DNA of 64,000 nucleotides from a virus. The stretch lies in the IMG/VR virus record IMGVR_UViG_3300007513_000007, positions 96,001-160,000 of that record; one strand, 5' to 3'. The translations under genes were made by a program, and so were the position numbers. Position 1 is the stretch's first letter. Every line of letters starts with the position of its first letter. Below are positions 8,538 through 18,456 of this stretch, in pieces. The notes under the pieces are model-generated. The model saw only the letters and a program-made list of their open reading frames with translations, did no database searches and was not told the origin of the DNA.

Positions 8538-9295
8538 TTCTTACCTCCACGATTAGTCTTGCGGTTACCTGCTCCCATCGGTGGAGGTGCTACATGACCC
8601 GTCGCTGATTGGGTTGTGGTGGTATTGGAAGTCTTATTGGAGGTCTTATTGGCGGCCCTCTTTCCCGAGGCCAACACTTCTTGGTCCCACCCCTCCAAAG
8701 TACCGGCCACCGCATCCGACCAAAAAAGGTGGCCTGCTTTCAGATGGTGGTTCGGCTCATCCCAGATCCAGGTGGGCTTTCCAGCGTGGTGTCGAAGGTT
8801 GATGGCTTCAGCCAAAACCTCGGGGGAAGCCTCGTTGCGGGCCACCTTGACGCCCATTCGTATGATGAGCAGACCGGGAGGCATCACAAGGTCCGGGATG
8901 GAGAGGTAGGAGGTGGACACCATGTAGGCGTCAGGATCAATGATGTCCATTCCCTTGAGAGCTACGGAACCCAACCATGCGGTCACAATCTCTGCGTCGG
9001 ACGTGACCTTGAACCCCCAAGTGGGGGGCATCCGAACCGCAACGTGTCGCATATGACGTTTGAAGGTCCGACTGTCGGCCCTCACCCTCAAGTTCTTCTT
9101 TTCGTACCCCAACAAGGGTGATTCGGGGATGATGGCCGCTTTCGACAGACCTTTCATCCCACGCTCCACGTTGGAGAGAATATCGCTGTGCAAGACGCAG
9201 ACGCACCTGCGGTAAGAGGGTGGGTGGGGAGGCTTGGATTCAGCCCGTACAGTCCCGGTGCCCTCGCAGTGGGGGCAGTCCTCTCTCGCACTCAT
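8534..9295 (-). CDS. degenerate DnaC/IstB-like helicase-loader homologue with N-terminal zinc finger
   Basis: CPHCEGTG...RRCVC; GLLIIRMG at the Walker B position; LAEAINLRHHAGKPTWI resembles the DnaC sensor region; no Walker A; directly upstream of dnaB. Confidence 0.6.
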   Translation of the reverse strand: MSAREDCPHCEGTGTVRAESKPPHPPSYRRCVCVLHSDILSNVERGMKGLSKAAIIPESPLLGYEKKNLRVRADSRTFKRHMRHVAVRMPPTWGFKVTSDAEIVTAWLGSVALKGMDIIDPDAYMVSTSYLSIPDLVMPPGLLIIRMGVKVARNEASPEVLAEAINLRHHAGKPTWIWDEPNHHLKAGHLFWSDAVAGTLEGWDQEVLASGKRAANKTSNKTSNTTTTQSATGHVAPPPMGAGNRKTNRGGKK

Positions 9296-10875
9296 CCCTG
9301 TCTCCCGATAGCGTCCATAACCAATGCGTCGTAAAGGTCTTTCACGTCAGACCCTACCGAGTAGACCTTTCCAGTACCCTTTTCGCCCCTCAACCTTTCC
9401 CCAAGAACCGCCTCGATCAACCCCATCTTCTTGCGGAGGACCGCCTGCACCCGTTCATCCACTGTGTCGTTACAGATGAGGTGGAAGGCGTACACCCGGT
9501 CATGGTCGGAACCGATACGGATCATCCGGCCCAACACCTGGAGGTAGTCTCCAGCACTCCACGGAGTGTCGAAGAACACGAGAGCCTTGGCCGCCTGAAG
9601 GTTGATCGCATCGCCCCCAGCCATCGTGATGAAGATGACATTGGTATCCGAGTTGGGGTCTTGGAAGGCTTCCATCGCCGCCTTTCGCTCGTCCCCGTCT
9701 TCTTCCCCGGTCACCCGGACACACTTGGCACCGGCTTTTTCCAGAATGGGGATGGCGACGTCCACCATCTTCTTGAAGCGGGTGAAGACAATGACCTTCT
9801 CCCCTGCCAGTTCCCCTTCCTCCGACACCAGTGATTCCAGCGCGTCCATCTTCTCGGATGAGTAGCCCTCGAACCCGATGAGGTCAGGGTGGTTCACGAT
9901 CTCCTGGCAGTAGATGAGAGCCGTGAGTTGTGTTGTCTCCCGGTCCTCCCCATCCCCATGCTCCAACAACCCATCCAGAGCTTCTTTGTACTTCTCTCGT
10001 TGGAACTTGGACATGCCGACATAAACATCCCTGGTTGTCAGGACCGGAAGCTCATGGGCAACCTGATGCTTGGGCCTTCCAAGGTAGTAGGGGTCAATCG
10101 CATCTCGGAAGCGGTGAACGTCTTGGTCCCGGTAGCCCACAATCACAGGGATTTGCCGACCGCGTGCCACCGTCTGCATCCGCAAGATGCAGTAGTTCTG
10201 CATGAAGGCGTTCTTGGACATTCGGAACAGGTCTGGAACCACCACACGGTAGATCCCGTACCCCTCCATAAGAGAGTTCTTGATGAGGGTGGCCGTCAAA
10301 GCCCATACCCGTTCTGCCTGCCCACTCAGGTACTGGCAAATCTTATGGACCCGTGTGGAGGCGTTTTTGTAGACCGTGGCCTCGTCGGTGACGAGGACAT
10401 ACCCCTCCCAATGCTGGATGCGGGCAAAGTCGTTACACGCGCTGCTGTACCCCTGAATGAGCACAGAAGGCCCTGTGGAAGCCTCCCAGTCGCTTTGAAT
10501 CTTGACCCGCTTGGCGGGACTGCCCTGGGCCACAAAGACAGCGACATGCTGGGTAAAACGCTCGAACTCCGACTCCCATTGAGGAACGGAAGACTTCTTG
10601 GTGAGGATGAGAACCTTTTGGTCCGGGTTTTTCTCCCACAGATGGCACAAGGCAGCAATCGTCTCAACGGTCTTGCCAAGACCTGTATCGTCACCCACCA
10701 CGAAGCGTTTCATAGCCAGTAGGTGGACTACCATTTGGGTCTGGTAGGAGCGCAACTCGAAAGGCACTACGCTCCCATCACGCTTGGTGATGGTGGAGGC
10801 CATATGAGAAGGTGCGGGGAGTTTCAGATCATCCTTTTCACGGATCTTCTTCAACTTCGCGTGAACGCTTTGCAT
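9292..10875 (-). CDS. SNF2/SWI2-family SF2 helicase-like ATPase
   Basis: LRSYQ, GDDTGLGKT, DEAT (DEAH variant), LTATLIKN, QEIVNHP, VIVFTRF, AGGDAINLQAA, QVLGRMIRIG. Confidence 0.92.
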   Translation of the reverse strand: MQSVHAKLKKIREKDDLKLPAPSHMASTITKRDGSVVPFELRSYQTQMVVHLLAMKRFVVGDDTGLGKTVETIAALCHLWEKNPDQKVLILTKKSSVPQWESEFERFTQHVAVFVAQGSPAKRVKIQSDWEASTGPSVLIQGYSSACNDFARIQHWEGYVLVTDEATVYKNASTRVHKICQYLSGQAERVWALTATLIKNSLMEGYGIYRVVVPDLFRMSKNAFMQNYCILRMQTVARGRQIPVIVGYRDQDVHRFRDAIDPYYLGRPKHQVAHELPVLTTRDVYVGMSKFQREKYKEALDGLLEHGDGEDRETTQLTALIYCQEIVNHPDLIGFEGYSSEKMDALESLVSEEGELAGEKVIVFTRFKKMVDVAIPILEKAGAKCVRVTGEEDGDERKAAMEAFQDPNSDTNVIFITMAGGDAINLQAAKALVFFDTPWSAGDYLQVLGRMIRIGSDHDRVYAFHLICNDTVDERVQAVLRKKMGLIEAVLGERLRGEKGTGKVYSVGSDVKDLYDALVMDAIGRQG

Positions 10876-10929
10876 CGAGGGGCCTCCATCTACAAGGGAA
10901 TACCCTCAAATGCCCCTCTGGCACCCCCC

Positions 10930-11556
10930 CTATGCAGTCAACAAAGCCTTCATCGCCTGGGGCCTGTCCACGGGCAGGCGGTTGTAGTCCAAGCCCCGGA
11001 TGAAATCAGCCTCAAAAAGCTCCTCCGCGTCCTCCTTGCTGCACTCCTCACCGTAGAGACAGGAGCAGGCTTTCTGGACTGCGGGGACGGCCTGCGCCTC
11101 CAGGCGAGCAAACACCCGAAGCAGAGGCTTTTGGAACTCTCTTGCGGAAGCCTTGGCCAGTTCCTTGAACACCTTGCCCATCGCCTTGGGGTCTTCCGGC
11201 ATCAGGAATCCTCGGGTCCCTCCCTGCTGCCTGTCTCTGACCCGGACCTTTTTTCCAGCCATGTAAAACAACTCTGTCAGGAGACGTAGCTGCTTCCGTT
11301 CTTGGGGGGACAGTCCTGACGGCCACACTGATTCACGGGCAAACAGGTTGGCGATGACGTAGTTAGGGGCAACCCGGTACTCGTGTCCCAGTCGCATGAT
11401 GAGAGGCCACACCTGCGACCCGAAAGGCTTCATGGCAGCGTTTAGCTTCTTGGACACGTCCTTGACGATGTTGAATATCTCATCGCCCTCCGCATACATA
11501 CATGCTTGGTTCGGATCGTTGGTGTTTAGGGGTGGGGTGGCAACTCGATGCTGCAT
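10930..11556 (-). CDS. hypothetical protein
   Basis: ~208-aa ORF; SD GAGGAG; overlaps the upstream stop (TGATG). Confidence 0.75.
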   Translation of the reverse strand: MQHRVATPPLNTNDPNQACMYAEGDEIFNIVKDVSKKLNAAMKPFGSQVWPLIMRLGHEYRVAPNYVIANLFARESVWPSGLSPQERKQLRLLTELFYMAGKKVRVRDRQQGGTRGFLMPEDPKAMGKVFKELAKASAREFQKPLLRVFARLEAQAVPAVQKACSCLYGEECSKEDAEELFEADFIRGLDYNRLPVDRPQAMKALLTA

Positions 11557-12362
11557 CACGGCTCCTCAATCATAAGGATGACCTTTCCAGGCCCATCACA
11601 AGACAAGGTGTAGCCCGTCTTGGTTCGCATGGATCGGACTGCACCTGAAGTGAAGGCTTGAGATCCTCCAGGAAGGATGACATGGCCCACCTTCGCGGAT
11701 TTAGGGGAAGGTTTGGGTGCTTTCATCTTGGCGACTGCTTTGGCGATGTCTGCTGAAAGCATCCCGCCCAACCCCAGAGCACGCAAAGCGGAGAGGGTGC
11801 GCTCCCCAAGCTCCCCGTCCACAGGACCGCAGTTGATACCCAGACGGTGGAGGTGCGCTTGGATCAGGCGTTCCGTAGGTTGTCCCCCCTCCCACTTGCC
11901 CACAACTACTTGGGCCGCAGCACACGCTGAAGGCCATGCCCACTCGCCTCTTCCTTCCCCGTGTAGGGAATCTATGACATGGTTCCAAGGACCGAGGAAG
12001 TGGAAAACATGGTCATGCACACCAGGGACCGGGTATCGCTGCCAAGGCGTGAACCCCAACGGCACTGCCAACCCCCACAGGATTGCAAGCTCCAACTCCT
12101 TTCGAGTTCCTGCATCCCCGTCGAAGTCCGTCAGTGACACCTTCAACCCGACCTCTCGGCCAGCCATCCTCATCGAAAGGTGTGGGGGAAGCTCGGTAGG
12201 ACCAACCTCTCCTTGCCAGTTCGCTTCTTGGGCCGGGGTTCCTGAATAGTGGACCTTCACCCCGCCGTGCTCAACAGCCGCCTTCTCCAGCTTCTGCATC
12301 GCCTTCTCTACGTCAGGCGTCACCAGAGTTGAACGGAATGGAACCAGCTTGTCGTGCTTCAC
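11556..12362 (-). CDS. peptidoglycan-binding domain protein with a degenerate M15-like peptidase N-terminus
   Basis: IQAHLHRLGINCGPVDGELGERTLSALRAL matches PG_binding_1; N-terminal layout resembles M15 but has SMRMAGREVG at SxHxxGxAxD; GTG start with SD GGAGG. Confidence 0.7.
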   Translation of the reverse strand: MKHDKLVPFRSTLVTPDVEKAMQKLEKAAVEHGGVKVHYSGTPAQEANWQGEVGPTELPPHLSMRMAGREVGLKVSLTDFDGDAGTRKELELAILWGLAVPLGFTPWQRYPVPGVHDHVFHFLGPWNHVIDSLHGEGRGEWAWPSACAAAQVVVGKWEGGQPTERLIQAHLHRLGINCGPVDGELGERTLSALRALGLGGMLSADIAKAVAKMKAPKPSPKSAKVGHVILPGGSQAFTSGAVRSMRTKTGYTLSCDGPGKVILMIEEP

Positions 12363-12387
12363 GGGGGCCTCCAGCTATACGGTCGTC

Positions 12388-12402
12388 ATAGAGGCTTTAC
12401 CC
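12388..12402 (-). promoter_or_regulatory. class II motif, variant GGGT-N7-CTAT
   Basis: Plus strand reads ATAG-AGGCTTT-ACCC; 26 nt upstream of GTG 12362. Confidence 0.6.
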
Positions 12403-12408
12403 ATATCA

Positions 12409-12440
12409 GGGGGGTTCCCACTCTCCCCCCTCCCCGTAAA
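12409..12440 (+). promoter_or_regulatory. class I bipartite promoter motif GGGGGTTCC-N16-CGTA
   Basis: GGGGGGTTCC 12409-12418 and CGTAAA 12435-12440; upstream of ATG 12462. Confidence 0.75.
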
Positions 12441-12461
12441 GAGGAGGAAGGAGACAGTAAA

Positions 12462-12974
12462 ATGCCTACACCGACAACCATTGGACAAGCTACACGGGCC
12501 TACCATGCGGGACAGCCTTTCCTCATCCGTCTGGAGTACCGAGGATCTAACCACAAGAACGAGTGTGGATACTCTTCCAAGTGGTGGACCCTGGAGTATG
12601 ACCCGAAGCGAGGGTCGATACACGAGGTCTACTGCAACTGGGGCGCTACCGGAACAACTGGACGAGCAAACCCGGTCGTGTACGACTTCGAGAAGGCGTC
12701 AAAGAAGTTTGACGAGAAGATGTACAAGAAGGGCTACACCTACTGCTCCTCTACTAATGGCGGTGCCTACAACCTCAAGAGCGCGGCTCCTGTGAAGGAG
12801 AAGCTGGCTTCCATGCCTTTCCCCTTCAACGCCATTCACTCCATCCATTCGCAGGGGGATGGTTATGTCGCGATGGACGAGAACGGTGCCCTTCTGATGT
12901 CTCTGCTGCCAAACGTGGCGCAAGAGCTTATCGGTATGAGCGAAGACCTCCGTACTCGCAGCCCTTGGGCTTGA
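12462..12974 (+). CDS. WGR-like domain protein
   Basis: SSKWWTL...VYCNWGATGTTG...ASKKFDEKMYKKGY matches the WGR pattern with WGA in place of WGR; ATG 12462 with SD GAGGAGG. Confidence 0.75.
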   Translation: MPTPTTIGQATRAYHAGQPFLIRLEYRGSNHKNECGYSSKWWTLEYDPKRGSIHEVYCNWGATGTTGRANPVVYDFEKASKKFDEKMYKKGYTYCSSTNGGAYNLKSAAPVKEKLASMPFPFNAIHSIHSQGDGYVAMDENGALLMSLLPNVAQELIGMSEDLRTRSPWA

Positions 12975-12978
12975 GAGC

Positions 12979-15900
12979 CTACGGGCAGGGATCGTCGCTG
13001 GCAGGATCAATGTTCGGGTAGGGGGCAAGTTCAATGTTCGCGTCTTCAGCACCCTTGGTGTGACCGCTTACCATCGGATACCCCTCCAGCCGATAACGAT
13101 CCGCAGCCGAGTAGCCCTTACCGTACCCGGTGGGGCTAATCTGCCCAGCCAAGAGATAGTCTGTGCCTTCCTCAAGAGGCCCGCGTCCGTAGATTGCTGT
13201 GGTAGCAACCACCATCTGAACCTCATCCCCATAAGAGGTAGTCTCATTAGTGGAGAAGGCTGTTTCCTTGTAGTTCCGAACCAGGAAGGCACGACCAACC
13301 AAAGCAGCACCCTTCAGGACAGGGGCATCTTCCGTGCTCCACCCTCCAAAACTCCACTCCACCGGCCCTCCGGGGAGCTTGTCGAGGTTGTATAGGGAGC
13401 CGCCGCCCCGGTACAAACGGAACTGCCTGACGCCCGCTGGAGCGTCATAAGAGTAGGCGAGGTACTGCTCAACGGCCCCGTCCACCATTCCAATAGAAGC
13501 GCCAGCTTCGCCCAGCAGTCTCCGATACTCCCCCTCTTGTCCGAGAGGTGACGTCACCGTGGGTGCGAAGTCAGAGACCGTTGCTTTGCTGTCGAAAGGC
13601 ATCCCGACACGCAACGGGTCTTCCCCAACAAAGTCCGAGTCTTGGACCAGGATTCCAAGAGGCAGTCGTTCTGTCATTCCCGCTACGTTCACAGGTGTAG
13701 GACTACCGATGCTCGCCGCGCCGTTCATCGGGATGTCCGGTGCCCATAGAGTGAGCCGGTTCAGGTTCGTCAAGTTGTTGGGAACCGAGCCGAAACCACC
13801 TATTCCACCTCTCCAGCCCAGTATTCCGGGAGACGGCAGCCACTTATCAATCCGGCCACCGAGGACGGCGTGTTGCGAACCACCTGCGGTCCTGTCGGTG
13901 TTCAACTCCACCACAATATCCTGGCCCGCCGAACCCCCATCAAGGGACGTAAGCCATACTTTGTTGTCCCCCGTGTAAGTGGGCATCACCCGCAAGCCTC
14001 TAATCAGACGTTGGTTCTGGCTTCCACTGATCATCAGCGTATACAGGGCGAGTGCGGAGGCAGTGGCATCTGCACCAACAGTCAGGACGGCGCTTCCCCA
14101 TTCATAGGTGACTGCCACCTCACCCCTTCGGATGGTGATCGTCTCGTTACCGTCGGCAGTTGAAAGCAAGCTGTTGGTGACGACGCTGTAGCCTACCCCA
14201 CCCTGGTTCGCCCAAGAGGGTTGTCCTTCAGTGAAGGCGCGTGCAGCAACCTGATACTGGGGTGCCGTGGCCGATGCCGGGATCCGGCCTCCCGAATCAT
14301 TCAGGTAGCCGACATCCGTGATGGTTCCCGGAAAAACAGAACCCCCGATTTTTCCGGTTCCCAGCGTAGTGTAAAAGTCACACGCGGCAAGGATTTCCAG
14401 AGAGCGTGGGTTGGGCTTCTCGGGGATCTGGGTGTACCCGTGGGCATTGTCATACTGTTGAATAGCTGCGTGGATTTCGTAGGCATTAGCCACCGAAACC
14501 TGCCCGTACCGGGTCGAGTAGTCAGTAAGTCCAGGACTCCGAACAGAGAGGCCCTTGGTCATGTAGGGGTCGCCCTGGTACACAGACCTTCGATACGCGA
14601 TGTAGGTCTGTGTGTCGTTTGGAGCGGCTGCGGGGATCACCATCTCACAGTCAGTCAAGTTCCCAAGCGCCGTGGGGTCGTTTCCTTCACCGTTGTGGAT
14701 ACGCACAGCAACATAGTTGTTGTCGTCAATGAACCCGGTGCCGAACCCAAAGCAGGTGAACTGAACAAGGAAGTCGAAATCATCCCAGTCTTCACCGTCC
14801 GTGTAGTGGGCAGACCGGCGAATATCGATCACGTCTTCTGGGATCATGTAGGTATGAGAGCCAGAATCACCGGTAACATCTTCACCGCCGCTGCGGTTGA
14901 TGTAGAGGGTCTGCTTGTCTGCACCTGTCCGAAGCAGGTTGGGGATATGGCCTGTCACTGGGGTTACCCGGTCAGCCTCCCATGCCCCAATACCATCCCA
15001 GTCCCGCATGTCGTAAACGCCGTAAACACGGGCGATGCCGAGGTATGGGGGAAGCTCAACACCCCGGAGTCCTCGGGGAGTGTCCGTCGAGATGACGTTT
15101 ACATCCTCTCGGCAGCGACCCTGGTAGCAAGTGCCAGCGCCACCGGAGATGGCTCCGTACTGGCCGTACTCCAAGCCTGTAGTAGCCGGATCTCCAGTCT
15201 GACAGTACATGAATCCAACGCCTGCGACCCCGCCGTTGTCCGTGCCACCGATGACATTGAATACCTGGGAGGAGTCAGAGGTGTTGTCGTGGAAGAGGTG
15301 GTTCACACCTTCCAAAAAGGAACCCGTCCCGGCACCGCTTGTGTCTTGGTAGAAGGGGATGTCCTGACGACCAAAGCGAGGCATGTACTGCGGAGGCAAG
15401 GAATATCCCCAAGTACGGGACCCCTGAAAGAGACCTGCGCCGTCAATGCTTGATCCCGCCCCTGGCCCGAGGGCGTAGGTTGCCGGGTACAAGGCCGTGC
15501 TTGCGCTCAAATCATAGAGGGGGAGGGTCATGCCCTTGTGCTGGAAGGGACGGAAAAGAACCGTCTTCGACCCAGGATCAACGAATAGCTCTGATTCACG
15601 GGACTCTTGTGAGAGGTGGATCCTTCCACCGCCGTAAGATTCCGCGTAGGGGGCGCTCATGCCCTTGCTGTCCAACCGATTCCAGGTCTGGAGCAACTCG
15701 GTCGGGTAGTAGGATTCCGCTACCGAAACGACGCCCGCCTCCGAATAGAACACAGGGTCAATCGAGGTGGGTGCCTGCCGAAGCAGGCTGGATCCAGGCT
15801 GGATCACGGCAAAGGCATCAATGCCCTCGTTTGCAACCCGCGCTGTGCCACCCCGACCGGGGGAGTAGGAAAGCGTGAGGCTAACGAGGAAATCCCCACT

Positions 15901-18456
15901 GATGGGCTGGGCAATGGGGTTGGCCCCCAGATTTGACGAGTTCCAGGGGTTCGCTTGGCCTGCGAAATCCCCGTCAATATCAGTGAATACAATGCAAGCC
16001 GCAGCCTGCCCTGTAACCGCGCCTGTACCGTCCTCCGCGCTTGTCATCCAAGAGCGTGCTTCAGCGGACACGTTGTTTTCCGCAATCATGGCTGGGGGAA
16101 AGGTCCCTTCCACCTTCGCCACCACCATCCGATCACTGGCCGACGCCAAGAAGGGAGTGTATGCCGCAGTCTGGCCCGCCCCGAGCACTCGCCAGCACCC
16201 GTTGTTAGATGCGTTGGAGCACCCGGTCACCACCAAAAATACCTCGGTACTTATTCCCGAACGGTCTTGCCCGTTATTGGTCAGCAACCCAAAGAGGGTG
16301 TTCTTGCCGTGGTAGAGAGGATGGGTGAGGAGGGCGGGGTCGTTACGGAAAGCCCCCGCAGTGTTCTTGGAGTACCAGTCTCCAGCGAGATCGAAATCCA
16401 GTCCGGTAAAGACGATTTCATCGTAGCCTCCGACAGAGGTGCCTGGGGACAAGTCAGCCGTCGTTACCTGAAGCTCCAGGTCAAGGAGTCCCCCCAAGAA
16501 AATAAAAGGGTACTGGAAATCAGTGATGGACAGAGGGTACTGCGGCCCAGGCTTCAGTGTGGCACTCTCCCCCGGAGTAGGGGTGGCCGTCGCCTGCTGG
16601 TCCAGGTACTGCACCGTCACAGGGGCCTGCAACCCTTCCTTGCCCCTCATTGAAGGCGGTCGGCCCTGAAGCAACGCCATCTCCCTGGGGTTCACGAACC
16701 GCACAGCCCGTTCTGTTCCTGCACGCATCGAACCCCGCGCACCACTGGTGCCGTCGTTGCCTCCGATAAACAAGAAGATGGAGTCGCCGTTGCTGATGCC
16801 AGCGGCATCGGTTTGTTGCCCAGAAGCCGAGAAATCAGCGGCAACGTCCCACGCATGAGAGCTTGCCCAAGAGGTAACGGGGGCAGCGCCGCCCTGGTCC
16901 GCAAGGAGAAGCGTCACGTCTGCCTGCATAACTGCTGCGTCCGAGAAGCCGGTCCTGATACCATCAGGCCCGTCCAGAGCAACGGTCTGTGCTGGAACCG
17001 TGGAGGAGCCATCGTTCCAAAGGGTGTCCACCTCAACGACCACGGTGCCTTCGTCATCATTGACTGCACCCTGCTTCCAGGTCGAATGAAGCTCACCCTG
17101 AAGCAGCTTGCTCAAGTTGTGGGCGAGAAGCTGGTCGTAGTCCCATTCCGAAGGGGTAACGCCTCGGCGCATGTCCAGGATGTCGGCATTGATGATCTGA
17201 TCCGAGAAAAGACCATCGGGGCGGGAGTTGAAGAAGGTAAGAGGAGTGCCAGCCAGATGAACGGTGTCCTGCGTTCCCCAGCGACCCCGGCCTTGGTCAG
17301 TCGTTCCCGAAGACCCGTTGTTGATTGTCATGGTGCCGGTTGCTACATCCATCGTCGTGACATGGACGATTTCATCGCCAAGTTTCACGAAGACATGGTC
17401 CCAGGAGAGGTCGGAGTTGTCCCACCCCGAACCGGCCAGCCCTGTAAGAGCCACTGATCCAGTAACCCCAGCGGCGAGGCTGTCTGTAAGGGAGACCTGG
17501 GTAAAGGTCTTCTCTGCTTCAGCAGCCTCCGTCAGCGAAACCGAGAAGGGGTTCCGGTTGAGAGCACCGTTCTGGTTTGCGGCAGTAGACCCATTGAGGG
17601 CAGCCACGAAGTTATCGCTGTTCCTGCGGAATACCGAACAGATGGGGATGGCATAGCTGTACCCATCTACTGTTTTGAGGTCATTGGTCGGGTCGCCGTT
17701 CCCTGCACGCCACAGTCCAGGATCCCCAAGCGCATCACGCATGTTGGTCCAACCCAGCCCCGTCACGGGAGTGGTTGCTGCGCCCTGCGCGAGCACGTTG
17801 GTGTCATCAAGACCGTCAGGCCAAGTAGCAAGATCAATGCTTTGTCCTGCACCGTCACCGCTACCGAAAACCCTGATTCGGTACTGAACCTGGAGCCTTT
17901 CAGTAGTCTCGAACCCAATCGTCGGATCTTCGATGTCATCGGGTTCGTTGGTTCCACCGAACATGGTGTTCCCGTACTTCCAGATGAAGGCTGCGCTGGG
18001 CTTGTTCTCTGTCGAGGGGTTGGGGGCCACCTGGGCCAACCACACCTCAAGAAAAACGAAGTCGATGCGGGTATCGGAGGCCGGGGGCGGCCACAAGTTG
18101 AGCTTGTTGCTGGGGTGAGCATCCGTATTGGAAGTCCCGGTAACGGGGATGACCCATCCGTTCACGTTCGCCCAGAGGATCGGGGACGTTTCGCTGGGTG
18201 CTTCGTTGCCAAACAACAGCCAGTTCGACCAATCAGGGTCAGTGACGTAGTCAGCAGACGCCCTCACAGGGTCCAAAAGCCACCCGGAGTGCATCTTTGC
18301 CCGGTTCTCGGTGGCGGCTCTTTCCCAGTCCACCTGGGCCATCAAGTTGAGTTCTGAATCAAGGGGCGGCTTGCTCGCCTGCCACACAACCACCTGAAAC
18401 TGACGATTAGACGCCGAGAGCGTGCGGCTTACGCCATTTCCGAAGTCCTGTGCCAT
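12979..18456 (-). CDS. large virion structural protein (1825 aa), paralogue of 26464-29853
   Basis: Gly/Thr/Asp-rich beta-type composition; QASKPPLDSELNL, DFVFLEVW and DPGLW...TVDGYSYAIP blocks shared with the paralogue; location in the virion module. Confidence 0.75.
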   Translation of the reverse strand: MAQDFGNGVSRTLSASNRQFQVVVWQASKPPLDSELNLMAQVDWERAATENRAKMHSGWLLDPVRASADYVTDPDWSNWLLFGNEAPSETSPILWANVNGWVIPVTGTSNTDAHPSNKLNLWPPPASDTRIDFVFLEVWLAQVAPNPSTENKPSAAFIWKYGNTMFGGTNEPDDIEDPTIGFETTERLQVQYRIRVFGSGDGAGQSIDLATWPDGLDDTNVLAQGAATTPVTGLGWTNMRDALGDPGLWRAGNGDPTNDLKTVDGYSYAIPICSVFRRNSDNFVAALNGSTAANQNGALNRNPFSVSLTEAAEAEKTFTQVSLTDSLAAGVTGSVALTGLAGSGWDNSDLSWDHVFVKLGDEIVHVTTMDVATGTMTINNGSSGTTDQGRGRWGTQDTVHLAGTPLTFFNSRPDGLFSDQIINADILDMRRGVTPSEWDYDQLLAHNLSKLLQGELHSTWKQGAVNDDEGTVVVEVDTLWNDGSSTVPAQTVALDGPDGIRTGFSDAAVMQADVTLLLADQGGAAPVTSWASSHAWDVAADFSASGQQTDAAGISNGDSIFLFIGGNDGTSGARGSMRAGTERAVRFVNPREMALLQGRPPSMRGKEGLQAPVTVQYLDQQATATPTPGESATLKPGPQYPLSITDFQYPFIFLGGLLDLELQVTTADLSPGTSVGGYDEIVFTGLDFDLAGDWYSKNTAGAFRNDPALLTHPLYHGKNTLFGLLTNNGQDRSGISTEVFLVVTGCSNASNNGCWRVLGAGQTAAYTPFLASASDRMVVAKVEGTFPPAMIAENNVSAEARSWMTSAEDGTGAVTGQAAACIVFTDIDGDFAGQANPWNSSNLGANPIAQPISGDFLVSLTLSYSPGRGGTARVANEGIDAFAVIQPGSSLLRQAPTSIDPVFYSEAGVVSVAESYYPTELLQTWNRLDSKGMSAPYAESYGGGRIHLSQESRESELFVDPGSKTVLFRPFQHKGMTLPLYDLSASTALYPATYALGPGAGSSIDGAGLFQGSRTWGYSLPPQYMPRFGRQDIPFYQDTSGAGTGSFLEGVNHLFHDNTSDSSQVFNVIGGTDNGGVAGVGFMYCQTGDPATTGLEYGQYGAISGGAGTCYQGRCREDVNVISTDTPRGLRGVELPPYLGIARVYGVYDMRDWDGIGAWEADRVTPVTGHIPNLLRTGADKQTLYINRSGGEDVTGDSGSHTYMIPEDVIDIRRSAHYTDGEDWDDFDFLVQFTCFGFGTGFIDDNNYVAVRIHNGEGNDPTALGNLTDCEMVIPAAAPNDTQTYIAYRRSVYQGDPYMTKGLSVRSPGLTDYSTRYGQVSVANAYEIHAAIQQYDNAHGYTQIPEKPNPRSLEILAACDFYTTLGTGKIGGSVFPGTITDVGYLNDSGGRIPASATAPQYQVAARAFTEGQPSWANQGGVGYSVVTNSLLSTADGNETITIRRGEVAVTYEWGSAVLTVGADATASALALYTLMISGSQNQRLIRGLRVMPTYTGDNKVWLTSLDGGSAGQDIVVELNTDRTAGGSQHAVLGGRIDKWLPSPGILGWRGGIGGFGSVPNNLTNLNRLTLWAPDIPMNGAASIGSPTPVNVAGMTERLPLGILVQDSDFVGEDPLRVGMPFDSKATVSDFAPTVTSPLGQEGEYRRLLGEAGASIGMVDGAVEQYLAYSYDAPAGVRQFRLYRGGGSLYNLDKLPGGPVEWSFGGWSTEDAPVLKGAALVGRAFLVRNYKETAFSTNETTSYGDEVQMVVATTAIYGRGPLEEGTDYLLAGQISPTGYGKGYSAADRYRLEGYPMVSGHTKGAEDANIELAPYPNIDPASDDPCP

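Noticed and set aside
10888-10930. Possible promoter upstream of the SNF2 gene (GGGGGGTGCC...GGTATT, or GGGT-N9-TAG)
   Set aside because: Both readings miss the consensus in spacing and sequence; too weak to call
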